DNA from: Bacteroidia bacterium
GTDB taxonomy: Bacteria > Bacteroidota > Bacteroidia > AKYH767-A > 2013-40CM-41-45
Assembly: GCA_046330055.1 (NCBI GenBank)
Contig: JAXLTM010000014.1
Span: forward strand, 1,347 to 65,346
Direction of reading: 5' to 3'
DNA length: 64,000 bases
The position numbers and the translations under genes are program-made. Shown piece after piece: positions 41,405 to 50,561 of the stretch (its first letter is position 1; each line of letters begins with the position of its first letter). The notes beneath the pieces are model-generated. The model searched no databases. It had not been told where the DNA came from and saw nothing but the letters and a program-made list of their open reading frames with translations.

Positions 41405-42185
41405 ATGTATCGAAAAATGAAAAAAATCAAGTTTGTAGGTTTTTTAGTAGTGGTCATTGTCGGTTTAATGTCGTCCTGCACGCCTTATAAACGGATTACA
41501 GTTTTTCAGGCCGGTAAGTATGACACGTTATTTCAGGCAGTCGACACAACCTACATGCCTATCATTGCCCCAGAATGACATCTCCGACATTTTTCATGAA
41601 GAAGACAGCCTGAAGCAGTAAAGATCAACGCGGCGAGAGTCAGATACACACATGTCTGGTGGCTAACGAGCTACCTGTCGATGTCTACGGGTGAAATGGT
41701 GCGATTTCTCTGGGGTTTCCGAAGAAGAAACAGGACTAACCTCTGCCGCAGCACGCGATACGGTTCACAGCCGAATGGCGAAATATCTGGTCAATCCTTC
41801 CGTTAAACTCAGCATCAGAAACTTTAAAGTAACAGTGATGGGTGAAGTCATACACCCCGGAATCTTTACGGTTCAAAATGAAAAACTGACATTGCCTGAA
41901 GCTATTGCTTTGGCCGGTGATTTCAGTATATATAGTGTGCGTAATGATGTCATGGTTATCCGCGACAGCGCCGGCTATAAAACCTACAATCACGTAGATC
42001 TTACGAATCGCGGTGTCTTCACTTCGAAATTCTATGCCCTTCATCCAAACGATATCGTTTATATAGCCCCTTCCAAGAAGAAGCGCTTCCAGGGAGAAAA
42101 CTACTATCGTGTATATCCTCTTATTCTCAGTACGGTGACATTGGTGATTTCACTGGTACAAATCTTTAAACCATCAGGAAATTAA
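41405..42185 (+). pseudogene. Second Wza-like polysaccharide export protein, several frameshifts in about 41570-41740
   Basis: It has a lipoprotein signal (VIVGLMSSC). The open C-terminal part runs 41691-42185 (KVTVMGEV..PG.F......TL.EAIALAGD). The intervening peptides (YLVDVYGE..., AGLTSAAARDTV...) lie in different frames. Confidence 0.8.
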
Positions 42186-44635
42186 TGTCTGCCGAAGAAA
42201 CATACAACGGTAACGATTTTAACAACGAGTCAGAGAAGATTGATTTCAAGCAAATCTTTTTCGATTACTTCGTTAAATATTGGTATCTCTATGTAATGAG
42301 CCTGATCATCTGTTTGATGATCGGTTATTATTATGCCTGGTATGCCACACCTATTTATGGTGCCAGAGCTACGGTATTGATTAAACTTACCAAAGGCGGC
42401 ACCGGACCCGGCGGAGTTCTGGATGACTTAAGCAGCTTTACCGACGACAGAAATATTCAGAATGAAATTGAAGTACTCAAGAGCCGTTCACTCATCAGTA
42501 AAACATTGAAGAGTCTTGAATTTGATATCTCGTATTTTCAGGTTGGAAATATGAAGATTCGAGAAATCTATCAGGACTGCCCTTTTAAAGTAATCGACGA
42601 CTCACTCAAGTTCAAATCGCTCCCTTATCCGGTTCAGATTCATATCATCAACGATAAGAAGTTCCGTTTGACCTACAATAATCCGAAAACCAATGCTGAG
42701 TTTTCTCAAATCTATGCTTTCGGAGAATTGATTACGAATGACCTTGGTACCTTCAGAGTAGAAAAGAGGGGCTTTTTTAATTCCAAAGCTTTCAACAATC
42801 CGAAATACGAAAAAAGAAATTTCGAAGTCCGCTTTGCCAACGTTGAATCGCTCGTTGACCGTTACATCGATCAGTTAAATATTACCGTTCTTAGTAAGCA
42901 ATCGTCAATTCTCTCTATTTATATAGAAGATAAAGTGCCTACAAAGGCCGTCGATTTCATTAATAAGCTCATCGAAATATGGATGCAAAGCAGCATTGAG
43001 CAGAAAAATGAGCTTGCCAGCAATTCATTGAAATTTATCGATGAACAAATTCTCCTCATTTCAGAGGATCTGAATAGTGTAGAGCAGGAATTCGAACGTT
43101 TCCGTTCTGAAAAAGGAATCACAGATGTAAGTACGGAAGCACAAGGCTATGTTGCCAGCGCGCGGGAATATGATATTCGTCTCTCTGAAATTGACCTTAA
43201 ACTTAGCTTCCTCCAGTATCTGGAAAATTATGTGAAGGAAGATAAAAGCATCAGCGGTATGTCACCGGCAAGTATCGGTATTGATGATGCACTCTTGCTG
43301 AAACTCATCAGTCAGTTAAATGATCTGGAAAGTCAGAGAGAAATTCTCAAAGCCGGTGCGACGGAAGAGAATCCGAAAATTCAGGAGTTAAATCTGGCCA
43401 TACTCAACACGAAGAATGACCTGATTGAAAATATCAAAAGTATAAAAGCCGGATTAACGGCTTCAAAAACTGAAGCAGCATCACAACTTAACCGTATCGA
43501 AGGTCGCATTACTATGTTGCCGGGTACTGAGCGTGTGATTGTAAATATCAAACGTCAGATGGAAGTGAAGGCTAATCTCTACACCTATCTGATGCAGAAA
43601 CGTGCCGAGACAGCCATCATTCTGGCAAGTACAACTTCAGATAATCGTCAGATCGATAAAGCACACGCTACTTTTAATCCGATTCGTCCTGTTAAAAGTC
43701 AGATTTATACCATCGCTTTCTTCATTGGGCTCATTCTTCCGGTGGCATTCATTTACCTGAAGTCGATGTTGAATGATCGAATTCTGGATCGTAATGAGAT
43801 TGAAAAGCTGACAAAAATTCCTGTCATCGGTATCATTGGTATGAGTGAATCTGAAAATGAATTCGTAATTCAGGAGAATACGAAATCATTCATCGCTGAA
43901 GCATTTCGTTCAATTCGTACCAATCTGCAATACTTTATCCGGAATCAGAATGAAGCGAAGACCTTCCTGGTCACGAGTTCGATTTCAGGCGAAGGAAAAA
44001 GTTTCTGTTCACTCAATCTCGCGGCCATATTTGCTCTCGGCGGCAAGAAAACAGTGCTTGTCGGATTCGACTTACGTAAACCAAAATCAATGTCGCATCT
44101 GAATCTCAAAGGAGAATTGGGTGTTACAAATTACCTGATCGGATCCAGCAATGAGAAGCAAATCATTCAGGCATCAGGTATTGCCAATCTGGATATCATT
44201 CTAACCGGACCAAAGCCTCCGAATCCATCCGAGTTGCTTTTGGGAGAAAGAGTAGACGAGCTTTTTGCTTATCTGAAACAAAACTACGAGTACATTATTC
44301 TCGACTCGCCGCCACTGGGGTTGATATCCGATCCATTGATTCTTGCCAAATATTCTCAGGCCGTTATTTATATCGTTCGTCAGAATTTCACACGTCGTCT
44401 GCACATGGAAATTCTAAATAAGATTTCCCGTGAAGGTCGAATTCGTAACATCGGTATTATCCTGAACGCCGTTCAGAAGAAAACGATGCCTTATGGTTAT
44501 GGTTACGGCTACGGTTATGGTTACGGATATGGCTACGGTTACGGAAAAGCGACGCAGGGATATTACGAAGATATTCTCGATGAGAAGAAGTCGAAGTCGT
44601 GGCTGAAGAAAATTAAAAAGAAGAAGGATAAATAG
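42185..44635 (+). CDS. Second Wzc-like polysaccharide co-polymerase / tyrosine autokinase
   Basis: It has a Wzz domain, a P-loop (SSISGEGKS), Walker B (IILDSPP) and a (YG)9 tail (PYGYGYGYGYGYGYGYGK). Confidence 0.92.
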   Translation: MSAEETYNGNDFNNESEKIDFKQIFFDYFVKYWYLYVMSLIICLMIGYYYAWYATPIYGARATVLIKLTKGGTGPGGVLDDLSSFTDDRNIQNEIEVLKSRSLISKTLKSLEFDISYFQVGNMKIREIYQDCPFKVIDDSLKFKSLPYPVQIHIINDKKFRLTYNNPKTNAEFSQIYAFGELITNDLGTFRVEKRGFFNSKAFNNPKYEKRNFEVRFANVESLVDRYIDQLNITVLSKQSSILSIYIEDKVPTKAVDFINKLIEIWMQSSIEQKNELASNSLKFIDEQILLISEDLNSVEQEFERFRSEKGITDVSTEAQGYVASAREYDIRLSEIDLKLSFLQYLENYVKEDKSISGMSPASIGIDDALLLKLISQLNDLESQREILKAGATEENPKIQELNLAILNTKNDLIENIKSIKAGLTASKTEAASQLNRIEGRITMLPGTERVIVNIKRQMEVKANLYTYLMQKRAETAIILASTTSDNRQIDKAHATFNPIRPVKSQIYTIAFFIGLILPVAFIYLKSMLNDRILDRNEIEKLTKIPVIGIIGMSESENEFVIQENTKSFIAEAFRSIRTNLQYFIRNQNEAKTFLVTSSISGEGKSFCSLNLAAIFALGGKKTVLVGFDLRKPKSMSHLNLKGELGVTNYLIGSSNEKQIIQASGIANLDIILTGPKPPNPSELLLGERVDELFAYLKQNYEYIILDSPPLGLISDPLILAKYSQAVIYIVRQNFTRRLHMEILNKISREGRIRNIGIILNAVQKKTMPYGYGYGYGYGYGYGYGYGKATQGYYEDILDEKKSKSWLKKIKKKKDK

Positions 44636-44640
44636 TCGTC

Positions 44641-45327
44641 GTGAAAAAAGTAGCGATACTGCAGTCCAATTACATCCCCTGGAAAGGCTATTTCGACATT
44701 ATACGCCGCGTAGATGAATTTATATTCTACGACGAAGTTCAATACACAAAAAACGACTGGCGTAATCGTAATCGGATTAAAACACCGCAGGGTCCGCAAT
44801 GGCTGACGATTGCCGTGCGTCAAAATAATCTGTCACAGAAAATTTCCGAAACACTCGTTACGCAGACCAATTGGGCAGAAAAGCACTGGAAGACGCTTTC
44901 GCTTAATTATCGCAAAGCGCCTTTTTACAATGAGTATTCCGGAATTTTTGAGAAGTTCTACCTGGGAGTCACTACACTTAATCTTAGTGAAATTAACCGT
45001 TCGGCAATCGAACTAATTAATTCAATTCTGGGTATAAATACAAAATTGTCCAATTCATCGGATTATGGTTTGATCGAAGGGAAGAATGAACGTCTCGTCG
45101 ATCTTGTAAAAAAGGCCGGAGGAAATTATTATCTCAGTGGTCCATCTGCAAAATCATATATCGATGAAAAGGTTTTCAATGATGCAGGCATTGAAGTAGG
45201 CTGGATGTCATATGCAGGTTATCCCGAATACCCTCAATTGTTCCCGCCTTTTGAACATGCTGTCAGTGTCATTGATCTGATCTTTAATACCGGCCCTGAA
45301 GCTCTAAGGTATTTTAAACAGTCATGA
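44641..45327 (+). CDS. WbqC-family protein
   Basis: The N-terminus (VAILQSNYIPWKGYFDII...FYDEVQYTKNDWRNRNRIKTPQGPQWLTI) is the characteristic WbqC signature. It has a GTG start. Confidence 0.85.
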   Translation: MKKVAILQSNYIPWKGYFDIIRRVDEFIFYDEVQYTKNDWRNRNRIKTPQGPQWLTIAVRQNNLSQKISETLVTQTNWAEKHWKTLSLNYRKAPFYNEYSGIFEKFYLGVTTLNLSEINRSAIELINSILGINTKLSNSSDYGLIEGKNERLVDLVKKAGGNYYLSGPSAKSYIDEKVFNDAGIEVGWMSYAGYPEYPQLFPPFEHAVSVIDLIFNTGPEALRYFKQS

Positions 45328-46247
45328 AGAAAATAAGTGTAGTCACCACGATGTATTATTCGGCAGCTTACCTGCCCGAATTTTATCGTCGTACCCGCGC
45401 CGCCATAGAAAAACTCGGTGCCGACTACGAATTTATTTTCGTCAACGACGGTTCTCCTGATAATTCACTCGATGTTGCTCTGAATATCAGGGAGGAAAAT
45501 CCGAAAGTGAGCGTTGTGGAATTGTCACGCAACTTCGGGCATCACAAAGCGATCATGGCCGGCTTACGGGAGGCGAAAGGCGATTACGTTTTCCTGATCG
45601 ATTGTGATCTGGAAGAAGAGCCGGAACTCGTCACGGATTTTTACGCACAGATGCAGAAGAACAATACCGATGTGGTATTTGGAATTCAGCAGGAGAGGAA
45701 GGGCAAATGGCGCGAGCGCATTACCGGACAAATTTTTTATAAAGTCTTCAATCATTTCGCTGATCGCCCGATTCCGGAAAACATCATCATGGCCAGACTG
45801 ATGACGAAAAATTATGTCGATCAGTTGGTGCAGTACGATGAAAAGGAATTCTTTCTCGGGGCAACATTTATGGAAGTCGGCTTTCGTCAGGAGTCGGTTG
45901 TTGTTAACAAAAAGGACAAAGGTTCTACAACCTACAATCTGAGCCGGAAGGTTGCTCTGATGGTTAATGCCATCACTTCCACATCAAACAAACCGCTGAT
46001 TTATGTCTTCTACTTCGGTGCGCTGATTAGTTTTGTTTCTTTTGCATTCATCATAGGTCTTTTAATCCGGCATTTTTTCTTTACCAAACTCATGACCGGA
46101 TGGCCGTCGCTGATTGTTTCGATCTGGTTTTTGAGCGGATTAATCATTCTTTGTATTGGATTATTGGGCATTTACATGTCCAAAATCTATATGGAAACGA
46201 AACACCGCCCTACGGTGATCGTTAGAAAGAAGTACGAATCCCGCTAA
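45324..46247 (+). CDS. Family-2 glycosyltransferase with C-terminal TM helices (ArnC/GtrB-like polyprenyl-phosphate glycosyltransferase)
   Basis: It has VVTTMYYS..., FVNDGSPDNS, LIDCDLEE and two C-terminal TM segments. An ATGA overlap joins it to the upstream gene. Confidence 0.88.
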   Translation: MKKISVVTTMYYSAAYLPEFYRRTRAAIEKLGADYEFIFVNDGSPDNSLDVALNIREENPKVSVVELSRNFGHHKAIMAGLREAKGDYVFLIDCDLEEEPELVTDFYAQMQKNNTDVVFGIQQERKGKWRERITGQIFYKVFNHFADRPIPENIIMARLMTKNYVDQLVQYDEKEFFLGATFMEVGFRQESVVVNKKDKGSTTYNLSRKVALMVNAITSTSNKPLIYVFYFGALISFVSFAFIIGLLIRHFFFTKLMTGWPSLIVSIWFLSGLIILCIGLLGIYMSKIYMETKHRPTVIVRKKYESR

Positions 46248-46876
46248 TGGATCAAAAGCACATCCAGGAGTCTATTTCTTATTATCAGGAAAAAATCAAA
46301 AAATTCGGCAGTAGTGCCGAAGGAATGGATTGGAAAAATGCAGATACGCAGTATTTGCGTTTCGACATTTTATCCCGTTACATTGATTTTTCCCGGAAGC
46401 CGTCTGTTCTCGATGTTGGCTGTGGCAATGGGGAGTTTCTCAACTATTGCCGTTCCCGAAATCTGGATTTGAATTACTATGGTGTTGATGCCGTTCCTGA
46501 AATGGCAGCTATGGTGAACGACCGCTTTGGAATGGGCACAGCAGAGTGTTGCGAATTCCTTTCCTGGCAAACCAACCGGAAGTTTGACTTCGTTATCGCT
46601 TCCGGAACATTCAATGCAAAGCTGAATACTACGGAAGAGGTATGGCAAAACTATTTTCATGACAACATCCGCAAAATGTTTTCATTGGCTTTAACCGGAG
46701 TGGTGTTCAACTGCATGACATCTTTTGTGGATTATCGTTACGACAGATTGTACTATCCTACGGTACAGGAATTGTCAGAATTAGCCGTGAAAGAATTATC
46801 AAGACGATTTGTGATCGATCATTCGTATCCATTGTACGAAATGACGATGGCCATATACAGTTTACCGAATGCGTAA
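46247..46876 (+). CDS. Class I SAM-dependent methyltransferase
   Basis: It has motif I (VLDVGCGNGEF). Confidence 0.8.
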   Translation: MDQKHIQESISYYQEKIKKFGSSAEGMDWKNADTQYLRFDILSRYIDFSRKPSVLDVGCGNGEFLNYCRSRNLDLNYYGVDAVPEMAAMVNDRFGMGTAECCEFLSWQTNRKFDFVIASGTFNAKLNTTEEVWQNYFHDNIRKMFSLALTGVVFNCMTSFVDYRYDRLYYPTVQELSELAVKELSRRFVIDHSYPLYEMTMAIYSLPNA

Positions 46877-47528
46877 TTTAATCATTGTTGGAACGGGCGA
46901 TTATGCCCTGGTAGCGTATCAGTTCTTTCTGAAAGAAGGGAAGTATCGTGTGATTGGTTTTGCGGAAGAACGTCCGTTTCACGCAAAGCGGAAAGTGGAA
47001 GGTTTGCCGAATTTGTATTTTGAAGAATTGGAATTCAAAGCTCCGCCTGATGACACAACGCTTTTCATTGCCATCGGGCCAAATAAAGTGAATTCAGTTC
47101 GTCAGCGAATCTATGAGTTGGCAAAATCAAAAGGATATTCATTCGCCAAATACATCAGCCCGGAAGCTTCAGTGTGGGATGCCAATGCCATCGGAGAAAA
47201 TTCATGCATTTTCCCACGGAGTGTAGTGGAGCCATTTGCCACTGTCGGCAATAACAGTGTTTTATGGTCAGGCGCCATTGTAGCGCATCATTCTTCAGTA
47301 GCTGATCATTGTTTTTTGGCACCCGGTGCATGCATTAGCGGGCGTACCACCATCGGTGCAAATACTTTTATCGGAATCAATGCGACGGTGCGTGATAATC
47401 TTAAGATTGGAGAGCGTGTTATCATAGGCGGTGGCGCAGTGATAAAGAAAGATTGTGAAAACGACGGAGTGTATTCAGCACCGGGAACCGGATTGTACAA
47501 CAAGGATAGTTTCAACACGAAAGTCTGA
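46869..47528 (+). CDS. NeuD/PglD-type sugar N-acyltransferase (left-handed beta-helix)
   Basis: It has an N-terminal Rossmann-like IIVGTGDYA plus hexapeptide repeats (IGENSCIF...VGNNSVLW...IGANTFIG...IGERVIIG). Confidence 0.88.
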   Translation: MRNLIIVGTGDYALVAYQFFLKEGKYRVIGFAEERPFHAKRKVEGLPNLYFEELEFKAPPDDTTLFIAIGPNKVNSVRQRIYELAKSKGYSFAKYISPEASVWDANAIGENSCIFPRSVVEPFATVGNNSVLWSGAIVAHHSSVADHCFLAPGACISGRTTIGANTFIGINATVRDNLKIGERVIIGGGAVIKKDCENDGVYSAPGTGLYNKDSFNTKV

Positions 47529-47532
47529 AAAG

Positions 47533-49422
47533 ATGAATATTTTCAAATCCTATCATTCGCTCATCGGCCGGTTGTACGACAAGAAAATTGACGCAACCGG
47601 TTTGGCGCTTTTCAGAATTGCTTATTTCATCGACTTATTCTGCGAAGTGTCACGATTGTTTCGCTTCCGCCATCTGTTGTTTGAAAACATTGCCGGAATG
47701 GAGCACAATTCGCTCGCTGTATCCTTCATCCTCATCGCATGGATGATAGTTATTGGATTCTTAACTATCGGAATGTTCACACGGTTCTCAGCCGTGCTCA
47801 ACTATATTTTCGGTGTCATCATCCTGGCAAAAGCGGATTACTATGCTTACCACATGTATTACGTTTTTTGCGGAATGAATCTTCTCATTTTATTTTTGCC
47901 TGTCAGTCGTGTGCTTTCGATTGATCGTCTTTTCGGGAAGTTGAAATATTCCAATACGCGTTTCCAGTACGAGCCGACAACCAAAGTTACTGCTCTTGCT
48001 TATCTGGTACCTGTAATGGTCGGCATTGCATTCGTGTATTTCGATTCCATTTTTTACAAATTTGTTTCATGGTATTGGCTACATGGATTAGGAATGTGGC
48101 TTCCGTCGTCGTTGCCTTTTGTAACGATATCGGATACATCTTTTGTGCTTAACAGCGAGTATCTGATGAAATTCATCGGTTATCTCACACTCGTCTTCGA
48201 ATTCGTTTTCCTGTTTTTCTTCTTCCGCAGAAAATGGAGAGTTCCGCTATTGATAGTTGGAGTAGGACTGCACCTTGGAATCTTAATTGAATTCCCGATT
48301 CCGTTTTTTGCAATTGGAGTTGTGGGCCTTTATCTGCTCCTGGTTCCGGTAAAATTCTGGGGAAAATTCAATGTCACATCGCCTCCTGTATTCCGCTTTT
48401 ATTACGATGCGGAATGTCCGCTTTGTGTGAGAACTAAAATTGTAGTCGGACATTTTGATCTTTTCAAAAGAATAGATTTTGTAAGAGTACAGTCTGCGTT
48501 TGGAAATGATGATCGGATCAAAAGCATATCTTACGACGATCTCTTAAACGATATTCACGGTGTCGACAGAAATGGGAAGATCCACAAGGGATTTTACGCC
48601 TACCGTGCCGCTCTCTCAGCGATGATTTGGGCAAAACCAATTTCATGGTTGCTGTACATTCCGGGTGTCACTCATCTCGGCAAAATTGTGTACGGGTTTA
48701 TTGCCCGTAATCGCGTCACTGAAAGATGTACGGAAGAAACCTGTGGCTATACACCACCTGTAATTCCGGGTCCGGAATCGGAGATGAAATTGTTACACAC
48801 GTTTTCTCTGCGTGATCTGAAAGTAAGCGGACTCGCGTGGATGATTGCTATACTTACTATTCTTCAGATTTCAGTTTCGCTGAATGGTTCACTTCTGAGA
48901 AGAGTGCGACGATATGGGCCATTGAAGGAGACTTTCGTCGACAAAGGACTCACATGGTATTCTTCAAAAGTCAAAAGTGTCGCAAAACCTTATCTGGGAA
49001 TTACCAATCATCCGGTGTTTATGGATTATCACTTCAAAGGGTATAACCATATCGTTAGCGTAGTTTATGACGGTCCGGATGGTAAGAAATTTTTACCGAT
49101 CATTGACGTCAACGGTCAGCCGGGAGAATATTTGCTTGGGCCGACTTTCGTCAACTGGACTTTCCGTGTTAATAATGCCATTGCAGATACAACTAAAATT
49201 TCTGAAGGAATAAAGAGTTACTCCGCTTTCTGGGCATATGAACATCATTTGCCATTACGTGATTTGCATTTCTGGGTGATGGTCAAAAAGATTGACGATT
49301 ACACAGGATGGCAAAAGGATTTTCTAAAAAATCAAATGGCTAAACCGTGGAATGTAGCCGGTGAAGCAGAGTGGAAGGATGGAGTGTTTCATTCTAAGTT
49401 AAAGGATATTGAAAAAATGTAA
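47533..49422 (+). CDS. Fusion protein: HTTM (vitamin-K-dependent gamma-carboxylase-like) membrane domain + DCC-type CxxC thiol-disulfide oxidoreductase domain + C-terminal domain of unknown function
   Basis: The HTTM start signature is KIDATGLALFRIAYFIDLF, followed by about 8 TMs. The DCC motif is FYYDAECPLCVRTKIVVGHFD. I prefer the ATG at 47533, because the ORF extension back to 47455 overlaps the acyltransferase. Confidence 0.8.
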   Translation: MNIFKSYHSLIGRLYDKKIDATGLALFRIAYFIDLFCEVSRLFRFRHLLFENIAGMEHNSLAVSFILIAWMIVIGFLTIGMFTRFSAVLNYIFGVIILAKADYYAYHMYYVFCGMNLLILFLPVSRVLSIDRLFGKLKYSNTRFQYEPTTKVTALAYLVPVMVGIAFVYFDSIFYKFVSWYWLHGLGMWLPSSLPFVTISDTSFVLNSEYLMKFIGYLTLVFEFVFLFFFFRRKWRVPLLIVGVGLHLGILIEFPIPFFAIGVVGLYLLLVPVKFWGKFNVTSPPVFRFYYDAECPLCVRTKIVVGHFDLFKRIDFVRVQSAFGNDDRIKSISYDDLLNDIHGVDRNGKIHKGFYAYRAALSAMIWAKPISWLLYIPGVTHLGKIVYGFIARNRVTERCTEETCGYTPPVIPGPESEMKLLHTFSLRDLKVSGLAWMIAILTILQISVSLNGSLLRRVRRYGPLKETFVDKGLTWYSSKVKSVAKPYLGITNHPVFMDYHFKGYNHIVSVVYDGPDGKKFLPIIDVNGQPGEYLLGPTFVNWTFRVNNAIADTTKISEGIKSYSAFWAYEHHLPLRDLHFWVMVKKIDDYTGWQKDFLKNQMAKPWNVAGEAEWKDGVFHSKLKDIEKM

Positions 49423-49424
49423 TT

Positions 49425-50561
49425 ATGATTCCGTTTAATAAACCATTTCTAACCGGTAAGGAGACGGCCTACATTAAGCAGGCAGTTGAATCAGGAAAAA
49501 TTTCGGGCGACGGAATTTTCACTAAGAAGTGCCATGCCTTTTTCGAATCGAAATACGGATTCAGAAAAGCATTACTCACCACTTCCTGTACCGATGCTTT
49601 GGAGATGGCAGCTCTTCTGCTCAATATTCAGCCCGGAGATGAAGTGATAGCACCCAGCTATACATTCGTTTCAACGGTGAATGCATTTGTTTTACGCGGA
49701 GCCAATATCATTTTCGCAGATAGCAGCAAGGATAGTCCGAACATCGATGTCACAAAAATCGAAAGTCTGATAACTCCTCGTACGAAAGCAATTGTGCCAG
49801 TTCATTACGCCGGTATTGCCTGCGACATGGATGCAATCATGGACATTGCAAAGCGCCACAATCTCTATGTAGTTGAAGATGCAGCGCAGTGTATTGATGC
49901 CTACTACAAAGGTCGCCCCCTTGGTTCCATCGGACATCTTTCGGCTTTCTCTTTTCACGAAACGAAAAATATTATTTCCGGCGAAGGTGGAATGTTAGTG
50001 ATCAATGATCCTTCATTTATCAATCGTGCAGAAATTATCCGTGAAAAAGGAACCAATCGTTCCGCATTTTTCAGAGGAGAAATTGATAAATACGGTTGGG
50101 TTGATATTGGATCTTCATTTCTTCCGTCAGAAGTTATTGCCGCCTTCCTTTATGCTCAATTGGAAAATCTGAGTAAAATTCAGGCAAAGAGAATGTTTGC
50201 CTGGGAAACGTACCATGAGCAATTAAAGCCGCTGGCTGCAAAAGGGTATTTTGAAATGCCTTTCATTCCGCCATATGCTACCAATAATGCACATATCTAT
50301 TACATTGTTTGCAAGAACCCGAAGGACAGAGAAGGAATAATTTCAGCTTTGAAAAAAGAGGAAATTTATGCAGTCTTTCATTATCTCTCATTGCATAAAA
50401 GCGTTTACTATCAGGAAAAGCACAGAGGCGAAGAATTGCCGAATGCCGATCATTTCTCTGACTGCCTGATTCGATTGCCGATGTACTATGATTTGAGTGA
50501 ACGTGATATCATGCAGGTAGTAAAAGTGATTAAAAAATATTTCAACGGAAGCGCGCAATGA
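49425..50561 (+). CDS. DegT/DnrJ/EryC1 aminotransferase, WecE/RffA-like (dTDP-4-keto-6-deoxyhexose 4-aminotransferase type)
   Basis: It has MIPFNKPFLTGKETAYIKQAVESGKISGDG and a PLP-Lys region (SFHETKNI). Confidence 0.9.
   Translation: MIPFNKPFLTGKETAYIKQAVESGKISGDGIFTKKCHAFFESKYGFRKALLTTSCTDALEMAALLLNIQPGDEVIAPSYTFVSTVNAFVLRGANIIFADSSKDSPNIDVTKIESLITPRTKAIVPVHYAGIACDMDAIMDIAKRHNLYVVEDAAQCIDAYYKGRPLGSIGHLSAFSFHETKNIISGEGGMLVINDPSFINRAEIIREKGTNRSAFFRGEIDKYGWVDIGSSFLPSEVIAAFLYAQLENLSKIQAKRMFAWETYHEQLKPLAAKGYFEMPFIPPYATNNAHIYYIVCKNPKDREGIISALKKEEIYAVFHYLSLHKSVYYQEKHRGEELPNADHFSDCLIRLPMYYDLSERDIMQVVKVIKKYFNGSAQ

Noticed and set aside
47455-47532. An N-terminal extension of the HTTM-DCC ORF back to 47455
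   Set aside because: The extension overlaps the last 74 nt of the acyltransferase gene in another frame. The ATG at 47533 follows the acyltransferase stop by 5 nt and immediately precedes the HTTM signature.
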